Source: Vitrella brassicaformis CCMP3155
Taxonomy: Eukaryota > Protista > Chromerida
DNA: 64,000 nt
Direction of reading: 5' to 3'
Assembly: GCA_001179505.1 (NCBI GenBank)
Contig: CDMY01000293.1
Location: forward strand, 67,528-131,527
Shown: positions 47,102 to 58,063 of the stretch, one piece after another
How the letters are laid out: each line of letters starts with the position of its first letter
Position numbering within the stretch: position 1 is the stretch's first letter
Notes under the pieces: model-generated
The model's database searches: none
What the model saw: only the letters and a program-made list of their open reading frames with translations
What the model was told of the DNA's origin: nothing
Position numbers and translations under genes: made by a program

Positions 47102-49089
47102 TCATTCCGACTTGGCCTTCTTGATGGGCCGGTAGTAGCCGATCACCTGCCCATGCATGACACACACGCACCACACCGAGACGGGCATGATGGTGTGTCT
47201 TGCTGTGCACGCGTGTGTGTCTGATACCTACCACAGCGTGGTCCCGATGGTATGGCTCGAGTGTGATCTGTTCTCTTGGCTTGCACTGGGCCTTCTTGAG
47301 TTTGTCCACCTCAGCTACATACATACACACAGGCACAGGCAGGGAGGGAGGGAACCGATAGGTGTGCTCTTTCTCCCTTGTGCAGTGCAGTGCAGTGCAG
47401 TGTGTATGTGTGTGCGTACCAGCAAACACGACCTCTGGCTTGGCAGTGGAGTCCACGCAGTTGGCCTGCAGGAATCCATAACATGACACACACACACACA
47501 CACACATATCCATGGGCAGGATGGCTCCCTCAGCCCCTCCCCTCCACTACCCTGCCCTGCCCTGCCCACGTATTTCTGTCGTGTGTGTGTTGTGTGGGCG
47601 AGGTACCTTTATGGAGATGACGTAGCCTCCGCCCTCCTTCAGGAACATCTCGGCGTTCAGCGCCACAATGCGGGCCTGATCGTCCGTCCATCCACCGATG
47701 CACCAGACAAACAGACAGACAGACAGACAGACCGACAGACAGACAGACAGACAGAATCCATCAGAACATTTGCATTAGTGTGCCTGACTTCACCTGTTTC
47801 ACCTACCGACCTGGTCGGGCTGTGCCACGTCGGCAAAGATGGCGTCGACCATTCCCACCAACATGCGGTACCTCAGTGGGAATCTCGCGTCCTCGACGAT
47901 TGGAATGATGTTGGGCCGCTTCTTGGCCTGAGAGAGGGAGCACAAAGGCTAAACAGCGCTAGGCAGGTGTGTGTTGCTGTGTGCAGTGTTAGTGACGCCA
48001 CTGACCATGTTGGTGAGGTCCCTCCCTGATCGGTGAGAGAACTCCACAGCGTACACCACACCGCTCTGACCGAAGGAAAGAAACAAAGTGAAGTGCGTCC
48101 AAGTGTCATGCGTGTCACGTGTGTGTTGGATGGGATGGCTGCAGGCAATTGGCTGACTGACCTCTCCAACCATATCCGACACATGCGAGACAGTCGTCCC
48201 CGACGCAGCACCTGCACGACGCACATACACGCCGAGGTAAGGTAACCAACCCGGGATCGATAGAAGACACACATCACATCGATAGGCTTGTTTCCTCCGT
48301 ATGTACCCAGGTAGAGCACTTTGGAGCCGGGCTTGATGGGCATGTGCTCAACACCACCTGCACACACGGACACAGCACACACGCCACGCCATATGGCTAC
48401 ACTCAGTGTTTGTGAGCATGTGAAAGAATCTTCGTAGCTCACCGAGGATGGTCGCCCCAAGCTTGGACCGGAATGGATTCCACACACGGTACTCGATCTT
48501 CTCGCCTTCTTGCTGGCCACCCACAGCACAGACAGACACACAAGTCCACTTTGATCCAGGGAGGGAGGGAGCCATTTGTGCAGTGAGGGCGTCACCTCGA
48601 CAGCCATTCTCTTCTCGCCGTAGACGGACTCGCCGGGCACGAGATTGCGCGTCACGAGGGCATCGGCCTTGCCCTTGGCCATGAACACGCCCGCATGTCT
48701 GTGCGGCTCTATGATGACGCTCCCCCCTCCCCCTCCCCTGCCGCCTGGTCCTCCCCTGCCGCCTCGCCCGCCACCACGACCGCCTCTCCCACGACCTGAC
48801 ACACACAAACACACAAACACAAGCACACATCGAGTGACATTCATGACGCAACACGCGGGAGCTTTTTGTGCCTCATTCTTTTCACCACCGGGTGATCCTC
48901 TCCCTCTGCCGCCGAAGCTCCCTCCTCTGCCTCCCCTGCCGCCTGGTCCTCCCCTGCCTCGCCCACCACGATCACCACCACCACGGCCGCGGCCGCCTCC
49001 ACGCCCACCGCCTGACCTCACACATCAATCACACAATGGATGAATTGGTGGAGCAGATGGGCCTCAGCATGTTGTTGCTTACGCATCAT
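47102..49089 (-). CDS. FBL: Fibrillarin (rRNA 2'-O-methyltransferase, Nop1)
   Basis: N-terminal RGG/GAR domain, then [100 protein letters not shown]. Confidence 0.97.
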
Positions 49090-49287
49090 CGTGAATCCCG
49101 CAGCGATGGACTCTCTACCGTTCCTGTGCAGTCGTGTGCTTCTGTTGCAGTCCAGATCACAGCCCTGTGTTTTTTTCTCCGTTCCTGCGAGCTTTGCCTA
49201 TTTGCGAGCTTGAAAGCGGCGAAGGGGAAAAGGTGAAGACGCGGGTACCGTGCGACAATGGGGCGAGGCTCAGTGAGACTGCGGGTG

Positions 49288-50885
49288 ATGCTTCTCAAGT
49301 TGACGCTTCTCGGGCTGTGGCCATCTCCCGCGTTGCACAAGGGATGGGCAGCAGCAGCCGTCCGTCAACCATCGCCGCACTCTGCTTATCTCCCCTCATC
49401 GCCTCGCCCACGACCGTCCTTGATCTCTCGCGTCCAGCAGCACGGCCTCCGAAGACGGCCACCATCCCGCCTTGCCATGATGAGCAAGAACGACATCACC
49501 GACAGGTTCATGTGGCAGGGAGAGAACATCCAGTTCGGCGTCGTGCGCACACTCGAGATCCCGGTCCCACTTGCCCTCCCTCCCACCTTCCCCGACTCAG
49601 CAGACGTGCAGGCCCTGGTCAGCCGGTACTTCGATGACCCAGGCCGCTTCCTCCGCGTGTTGTGGAACAAACGCTACTTGGAACACTTGGGTGGCGAACG
49701 GTGGCTCGTCGGCTTACCCAGGTGGGTGGGTGAGGTGACGACACACACGGCCGTACGGGGCCAGCCCGCCCACCCACCCGCAAGTCACTCTCTCTCTCTT
49801 TCTCTCTGTGTGCAGGCTGAAGTTCCTGAACGTGGCATTACCGTCCCCCGACATAGAGGTGTCTGTGTGGAAGGAGGGCGACTTTCTGCGTGTGACGAGT
49901 CACGGTGTGTCGTTCTCGAGGGAGGGTGGGGCGGCCAGCGGGCGGATGGAAAGCTTCAATGTGGAGGTTGATGGCTATTTGGATGCGGACGTGCAGTCCC
50001 CTGAAATGGCGGTCTTCAACGCTCAGATCGGTGAGGCAGCGCAGTGAGGGAGGAGCACACCACACCCATCGTCTGTCTGTCACTTGTGCTTGTTGGTTGG
50101 TGCATTGGTGCCAACAGGGTTCACGTGTTCCTCTCGGCTGCCGTCCTTCCTGCGCTTCACGCCTGAGGACATTATGCGGACGGGCGCCTCGGCCGTCAAC
50201 CGGCAGATTCTCAACTTTGCCACACGGAAGCTTGAGAAATCGCTGCAGAAGGACTTCCTCATGTGGCTCGATCAAGAGACGCAAGAGCCGCAGGAGGCCG
50301 TTGCTGATGGCGACGTGACCCATGGGGAGGAGAAACAGGCAGCCCCATCTCTACCTCTCGCCCCTGCGTCTCTTGCTTCCACCACGTACGACGACCTGCC
50401 GCCTCGGCGTGCAGATGATGTTCTTGTGGCTGAGGAGGGCGTGGCAATCCCAACTTTTGACAGAGATGGAAGCAGCGACGCTGTTCCCGTCATGCCGATG
50501 TCAGACACTGTTCTTGCGTATGAGAGGCCACTGAGCGGCGAGCAGTGGGCCGACCTCAGTGTGCCCATTTCCTCCAGTGTGCGGCGCGTTCGGTCGAGAA
50601 GCCGGGTCAACATTGCCAACAGGGTGAGTGAGCTTGAGTCCCACCAAGACGCATTCACGCGCTCACACGTCTATCTATCGGAGCACTTCGGCTGTTTGGT
50701 TTGGTTGTTGTTTCTTTCAGGCGTTCCAATGGTCAGATTCATCGCCACGGTCGGATGCTGCGCGACGACCTGACACCTTGCTGGGCGGCGACTACGGAGA
50801 TGATGACAGTGACGCCGATGGCATTAGTGTGGTGGATGTGACCATTGAGGAGGAGGAGACCCTCGCCGTCTACCTCAGGCGATGA
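49288..50885 (+). CDS. DUF1997-family protein with bipartite (signal + transit) plastid-targeting leader
   Basis: MLLKLTLLGLWPSPAL is followed by an S/R/P-rich leader. Core RYFDDPGRFLRVLW...LKFLNVALPSPDIEVSVW...LPSFLRFTPEDIMRTGASAVNRQIL...LQKDFLMW resembles the cyanobacterial/plant DUF1997 pattern from memory. Alternative ATG at 49258. Confidence 0.7.
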
Positions 50886-51721
50886 CCGATGATGTGCGGG
50901 GCGTGTATGCGGCTGCTCGTGTAAATGGGGTGGCTGCATAGTCAGCGAGATACAAGGTCTTCCCTTCTGCATGAGCTGGTCTTCCACACACACCGTCCAT
51001 CCATCCATCCATCCCGCCTGCCTAGTCATTGCGCACATGTGTGGATACCATGAGTATGTATGTGTTTTCTGTGGTATATTGGTCAGGTGCCGCCATTTTT
51101 CCACGGCACGGCACCAGTCAGTGGCTGGCTGGACAACAGACAGACTAAAGATGAAGAGAGAGTAGCGACGGACGGAGAGGCGTGTCGTTTGACACGATTG
51201 ACACCGTAGATAGGGGAATGTAGATGGATGGATGGATGCTGCTAGCATCCGTCCGTCTTGTGTGTACAGATTTTTGTCACCCTCATTGAATGGAATGGAC
51301 GGCTGGCCTGTACAGGTTTTGCTAGCGGGACACTGACAACTAACTGGACGGGCAATGATCATGGGGGCGGGGCGGGAAGACGATGTGTATGTGTAAGTGT
51401 CCTGCCAAGGATCGAATTGTTCACACGTCATTCACCATCAGCTGGTGGATGTGCAGCCAGCCAGACAGACGTTTTTGTGTGTAGTCTCGTGTGCTGTTAG
51501 TGCGTGGTGTCTCAGCGATTTCAGCGATTTCGCTGCGTGTGCAGGATTGCGTGGGATAGATGGATGACTGGGTGGACACGACACCATCATGTGCTGCGTG
51601 TATGCCCAAAGGGCAAGACAGCTCCTCATAAAGTCAACAGACAGACACTGACATGAATGAATGGTATGCTCACGTGGTACACCCCTCCCAACACTCACTC
51701 ACCACATCACCCAGCCATCCG

Positions 51722-52473
51722 TCAATCGGCAGCCTGCGCCTGCTTCTGTATTGCGAATATCCGCTCCTGCAGCCACGCCAGCGCCTTAGGCCACTCCTCG
51801 TCCCCATCCCCCTTCTTGACGTCCATGGCAAAACACTTGAGCCGCATCTGCACACTTCGCGGCAGGTTGTGCAGCCCCAGCTTGGCCGCCATCTCCTCAA
51901 TCGTCGGCACCGGCTGCCCCACGGCCAAGCTGGCCGGGGCCTGCGACAGTGACAAAGTGCTCTGGAAAGCGACGGTTGAGTGCTGCCCGGCCCCCGGCAT
52001 CATCGGGCGGCCGAAGGTGTTCATCAGCACGCAGAAGGCCGCCTCTCTGAGCTCGTCCTCATGCACGAGGATGCGGATGTGCTCGCCGGCCTGGCGGATC
52101 TTCTTGGGGTTCATTTCGACCATCGATACGACGAATATGACGGCGGAGACCTTGATGTAGCGGTAGAAGGCCGGCCAGAGGGCCTGCATGGCGTCTGCCC
52201 CCGGGACGTCCCACATGCCGAAGCGCATGCCCCGCTTGTTGAACTCCTCATAGTGGTAGCCCTTGGTCGGCGTGGGGATCTTCTGTGCTATGTCCTGCTC
52301 GGCCCACCCTGCAGACACGTGCACAAACAGGCATTGCCGGAGGCAGACACCCTTTCTTCCTCACACACACCTGGTATCTTGAGCTTGTAGAGGAGGGTGG
52401 TTTTGCCACTGCCGCTCAGCCCCAGGATGAGAATCTGGTGCAAATGATCACCGCCCGGCACGCAGTTCCCCAT
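51722..52473 (-). CDS. Atypical Arf-like small GTPase (2 exons)
   Basis: MGNC N-terminus; G1 GLSGSGKTT; G2-like PTKGY; G3 WDVPGAD; LWPAFY; AVIFVV; G4 position reads NTFG instead of NKxD. Confidence 0.85.
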
Positions 52474-52528
52474 TGCCGTCTCCTCAACCCCCAGTCTCCC
52501 CCGCTTCGAGCTCGCACTGTGGTCTGGG

Positions 52529-54129
52529 ATGGAGCTCCCGGCAGCGCTTATTGGCGTCTCCCTCTTGCAGCTCTTGCTGCCATCTGACGCATTTGTTAGT
52601 TACTCTCCGCATTCACTCAGAAGGTCACCGTACACAGACACCAAGATGCGTAGATCTGCCACTCCCTATGCGTGATCCATGCATCAATCATTCAGGCGGA
52701 ATGCAGACACAAAGCGTCGGACTCCCCATCGAAGCGCCCTTCACGCATCTGCTGACACACACCCGGTGATCAATGGCTCTGAAAAAGGACACATCAAAGC
52801 GATGAATGACGGACGGGTGGCCATGTCTGCAGCCTCCACACGACCCCTATTGCGAGAGCGGTCCCCTTCTGAGAAACAACAAGGGCGAGCCATGGGTCGC
52901 TCAGCGCAACCGGCCTCGGCGCAACCGCAAGTCGGCTGTGATCCGGCGGATGGTGCAGGAGGCCATCGTGCGACCATCCAACTTCATCTACCCCCTCTTC
53001 ATCCACGAAGGGGTAAGCACGACAACACAGACAGACAGACAGACAGACAGGCAGCCAAGACAGGCAGGCAGGCAGGAGGGAGGGAGCCAGGCACGTGTGT
53101 GTGTGTGGCTCGGTGGTGGTAGGAGTCTGATGAGGCGATAGCGTCGATGCCTGGGTGCAGTCGGCTGAGTGCTGGGTCGGTGCTCAAGGAGGTGGAGGAC
53201 GCCATGCAGTATGGCGTCAAGACATTCATCCTCTTCCCGAAGATCCCCGACCAACTCAAGTCCAACTATGGTGAGTTTAGCGAGCCCACACGCCCCACAG
53301 TGTCATCCACAGACGCGGACATCTGTGTTTCGTCCCGTCAGCTGATGAGTGCTACAATCCAGAGGGTCTGGTGCCACGCACCGTGCGCGCAATCAAGGAC
53401 AAGTTCCCCGAAGCCATGGTGTGCACTGACATCGCCCTGGACCCCTACTCGGACCAGGGGCACGACGGAGTGGTCGAGAACGGCCAAATACTCAACGACC
53501 ACACCATTGCACAGCTCTGCAAACAGGTTGGCGAGGCGCACATTTTGTCAAACAACAAGTTGCCCTCACTTCCCGTCGTCCTTCAGGCAGCGTGCCAGGC
53601 CCGCGCCGGCAGTGACGTGGTCGCGCCCAGCGACATGATGGACGGCCGTGTGGGCGCCATCCGGGACGCACTCGACAGCGAGGGTCACATCACCACCTCC
53701 ATCATGGCCTACACGGCCAAGTACGCGTCGGCCTTCTACGGCCCCTTTCGCGACGCTCTCGACTCGCACCCCGGCTTCGGCGACAAGAAGACCTACCAGC
53801 AGGACCCAGCCAACGGGCGGGAGGCACTCATCGAAACCGCGCTAGACGTGTCTGAGGGCGCGGACATCCTGATGGTCAAGCCAGGCATGCCCTACCTGGA
53901 TGTGGTGCTGCGTCTGCGTGCGGCGACCGACCTGCCCGTGGCCGTGTACCACGTGTCTGGCGAGTACGCCATGCTCAGGGCGGCGAGCGAGCGGGGATGG
54001 CTGGACGAGAAGAAGAGCGTCATGGAGGCCATGACGTGCTTCAAGCGGGCGGGGGCCGACATCATCCTCACCTACTTTGCCAAGAATTGCGCGAAGTGGA
54101 TTGCGCAGGATGGGGAGCCATGCTACTGA
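52529..54129 (+). CDS. hemB: Porphobilinogen synthase / delta-aminolevulinate dehydratase, plastid-targeted, Asp-rich (plant-type) metal site
   Basis: RPRRNRKS, YPLFIHEG, DIALDPYSDQGHDG, VVAPSDMMDGRVGAIR, YTAKYASAFYGPFRDAL, DKKTYQQDPAN, ADILMVKPGMPYLD, AVYHVSGEYAML. Leader MELPAALIGVSLLQLLLPSDA|FVSY splices in frame via two introns. Confidence 0.97.
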
Positions 54130-54651
54130 CTGATGAGGGAACGATGAGGGGAGGCCGGCGACATAGGCAAGACAAACAGACGCGAGTGATTTTTCAATGA
54201 GCGAGGGGAGGGAGAGAGGAGAATGAATGGCATTCGCAATGCCAACCGATAGGTCGGTGTGATGAGGCGTTTTTGGTGGTTGGTCGGTTGATCTGTCGAT
54301 TTGTCTGTGACGCGACTGTGGGGTCTTTTAAGAGTAGGCCGTTCACTTGTTCGGTGCTGGTGGGGAGGCCTGTGGATGGATGACTAGGTTGTCTCTTGCA
54401 TGATGGCATGCATTCAGCGTGACTCGAGGACAGGCAGGTGGAGGTGGGGGGGATGATGAATGAATGACATCACGTACGAAGCGATGAACGTTAAGTCCAT
54501 CAAGCAAGTCATCTCCAGTTAGATCATTGTACAACCAGGACGAGAGAGAAGCAGCACACAGCGTCACAAACGTTGACAACACGCAGATAGTATTGTCATC
54601 GACAGGTCTCATCAACAGCCGCACACAGAATGGCCTCGATAGGTCTGTCAT

Positions 54652-55013
54652 TCATTGTGAGGGCGGCGTCGCCTGCTGCATGTTCTTCTCCTGGAACCTG
54701 GTCCCTATCCGTTGCGAGAAGGCCATGAACTTGGTCACGCACCGCTCGATGCACCCCGTTTCGGCCTTCTCGAGGTCCTTCGCGCGGAAGTGTGTGATGC
54801 ACTCGTTGAAGCACCGCTCGACGAGGCCGTTGTATGTGTTGAGGGAGTCCTGCATCTGCATGTCGTTGAGCTTGCCCAGCACCTGCTGCTTCTGCCCTTC
54901 ATTGAGGTGCTCCACATCCAACATGCTGAACAATGAAGAGAAGAAGCAACCAAAGAAAGGGTTGTGAGAAGGTCCACTTGGACCATTCCTCCGAAGCTTG
55001 CTTACTTCTGCAT
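54652..55013 (-). CDS. TIM9: Mitochondrial small Tim chaperone Tim9
   Basis: Twin CX3C motifs (RCFNEC, GCIERC) in DSLNTYNGLVERCFNECITHFRAKDLEKAETGCIERCVTKFMAFSQRIGTRFQE. ATG 55013 microexon (MQN) splices in frame to MLDVEHL. Confidence 0.9.
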
Positions 55014-55555
55014 CTTGATCTCTAAGTCAGCTGACAGATCTCGGCTTGTCAAGGCAGATCTGGCCTGTAGAAGTCGATTGACGCACTCGGGATGATAGAC
55101 TTACCCGTGCGAGCTTGGGGCACGCTGCAGTGGGGCCAGTTGCATCCCTTTGGTCGCAATGCTGGAGATGCTTATTTTAGGAGGACTGTCAGACGCCTCA
55201 CTGGTGAGCCAACGCCGTGAAGAAACGCTTGAATCGACGAATCGGCGGGGTTCTTTGTGTGTGTGTGTGTGCGTGTGTGTGACCGTCTGTGTGTCTGTCG
55301 GCACGTGTGCAGAACTTTGGGATCACGGTGCTCTTCTGGATGAGTGTTGGCAACGTAATCGTCGTCCTGCCCCATCTGGAGGAGTGGATGAGGTCAAGGC
55401 CGCAGCCTGACGAGTGGTGAGCTAGCTGCCCATGAGCCACAAGAAGGTGATTCAGACGGGGCGTCCCTTTGCTTGGTCCATCGATATTTGCTGTCGATCC
55501 GCTTTGTCGATGAATGTCTGCCTTTCGCTTTGTGCCTTATCCGGGTCCGATCCAG

Positions 55556-55757
55556 AGAGCACCCGTGCATCCATCCATTCATTGTGATGATTCACGGAGA
55601 GGCTGCGGAGAGGCTCAAGAGAGCTAGCCCAGCACGCAGGGCGGTTGATTGCCCTCATCAATATTGATATCGTTTTGTCCCCCCACTGATTCGTTGACTC
55701 ATTCATCGACTCATTCATTCACTTCCTGGCTATTCTCGAGTCTGTTTCAATGAGAAG
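55556..55757 (+). repeat. Degenerate dispersed repeat R2, copy 2
   Basis: Collinear similarity blocks with 16060-16295. Confidence 0.7.
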
Positions 55758-56002
55758 GAGTCAGAACGTGTTACTGAGCAGACCCCTCCAGCACATGCGC
55801 TGATGAACAAGTGCTCTATAGTAGATGAGACATGAAGTGGTCAAGACACAATCCGAGCGAGACGTTCACACGAGCATTAGACGTTCAGGGCCAATGTCCA
55901 ATCGCACACAGACAGACACCAACACATATACACGACGCATGCGTCCGTCCGTCCGTCCGTCCGTGAGGCCCTAGCTACCCAGCTGCCAGTTACGTCGATC
56001 TC

Positions 56003-57818
56003 TTATTGCGGTACGGGTGTCCTCTCCGACGCTTCCACGCGCTTGATCATGGCCTGAGCCAACTCGGCAACCTCCTTGTCCTCACACTGCACACACCAGT
56101 GTCAATGTCTCCATTGAAAGAGGGCGTGTGACAGTTTGTGTCTGTATGCTCGTCTCTCTTACGTCGCAAAGCGCCCGAACCCTCGCCTCAGCCCCTGCAG
56201 ACCGATAGACCGACGGATGGAGAGACATCCACATGAAGCAGGTGGCCGCGGAGAATACCTGCCCTCTTTACGGCTTCAAGCAGCTCGGGGACGGCCTCAC
56301 CATCAACCTACACACACACAAAGACAAGGACCGGCTTGCCGTCGCATGTGTTTGTCGTCTGTGTGGATGCGGGGTCTTGTGCGTTGCCCACGTACAACGA
56401 CAAGGTCTTCCAGGTTGGGGAGGGTCTCAAACTGTGTGTCCCAATTCGACTCCCCATCCGCACCCACAGAATGACTGCACATACACCACACCACACCACA
56501 CCACACGCACCACCACGCCACATACATACATCACATGACATCACCTTACAGCCCGTGTGTCTCTCCTCTCCTGCAGCATACGGTATGCATAACATACCAG
56601 TCCAGCAGCTCCACCAGCGGCTGCACACCCCCCATACGAACAAAGGCGTTCCGGCACTCACAACCTGTGTTTATTGTGCACCCGTCAAGGGAGACAAGAA
56701 GAGACATGACATGTACTCTGCCAAATCAATCCGGTCGATGGGCTCGGCTCACTCTGCGAGTAGACATTTCTCAATGTGGAGGCCGTGGCGGCCCTCATGC
56801 CCTCTATCGGCGACCTGAGGTGGGGGACCAGCGGGGCGAACCCACCCGCCTTGTATATCGCCATGCAATTCGCTGAGTCTGTCACACACACACACAGGCA
56901 CAGAAGAGAGAAGGACAGACACACGGACTTTGGTGTGTCATGTGTAGCGTGTAGTTTGGTTACTCTCGACAGTGAGGAAAGACAAGGCCACGACGGCCGC
57001 CTGCACACGATCGTCTTCCTGATCATCGATGGGACGGGAGACACGATGAATGTCGGCACAGCACACATCTCTCTCTGCCTTCTCTTTTCCCCCTGCCGTC
57101 ATCTCATCTTGCCCACCCTCGACGAAAGAAACGCCACGAGCGGCGGGATGGCTCCCGCCTCGCGTATTGTGTCCTTCACGCCCGCTTCTGACAACGACAC
57201 ACTGGATGACCATCCATCCGTCCATCCGTGTGTGTCGCCCTCCCTCCCTCACACTGACTTTCTGTCGACGACGCGAGAATGGCCAGCTGCGTGGCGGCCA
57301 GCGCACCGACAGTGGTTGGATCCTGGGCCCACGGATGCATCCTCTCCTCCAACTTGGTTATCTGGATGGACGCCACACACACAGAGAGGCCTGGCGTTAT
57401 GAATTCGCCTCCCTCTGCCTACCTACCTACCTTTTGGTCAGACTTGAGGAGGCTGACAAACTCGGCATAGTCGTCCGTCTCAAACGCCAAATCAAACCGC
57501 TCGCAGTCATCCCCCGGCCTGAACAAGAAAGACACGCCACTAACTCATTCAACGCAACCAACAAATGGCACTTGCATTGCGTGACGCAATCAAGAACAGA
57601 AATCGCGACCTTTGTCGGCCTTACTTTGAGTGTTTCTCGCCCCGATGCTTGTCGCCCAGCGGCGGGAGAGCATCGGGGCGCTCACGGGCAGCACGCGCCT
57701 TCACTTCCGCATCCTGCACACAACCAACCCACACATACAAGAGAACCAAGCGGAATTCACATGAAAAAACACTAGGGCAGCTCACCGTCCTCTCAGCGCA
57801 GCAGCATGCCTGACCCAT
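56003..57818 (-). CDS. ARO: Armadillo Repeats Only (ARO) homolog, the apicomplexan rhoptry-positioning factor
   Basis: N-terminus MGQACCC (Gly2 plus Cys cluster). Conserved FDLAFETDDYAEFVSLL, KLEERMHPWAQDPTTVGALAATQLAILAS, KDTIREAGAIPPLV, DRVQAAVVALSFL, IEGMRAATASTLRN, TQFETLPNLEDL, PELLEAVK, CEDKEVAELA match the PfARO/TgARO sequences as recalled. Confidence 0.9.
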
Positions 57819-58063
57819 GGCTGAGGTCACGGGCAGAGGTCGGTTGGTGTATGGGTTTGACGGGCCACCCATTTGCGAGCTAAGCTCGCAGACGATCCCA
57901 AGCTTCACAAGGAAAGAGAGGAGTACATCGTCAGCGAGTGTGTCAGCGCGCATCGCGCTCAGCAGATCAGCGCCAGCATCGAATCGCGCAGTCGTGTTGA
58001 TCTGAGATCCCTTCGGTCGGCGAAGGAAGGGCATTGGAGGGAGCCGAGGCGAGAGGCGGCAAG

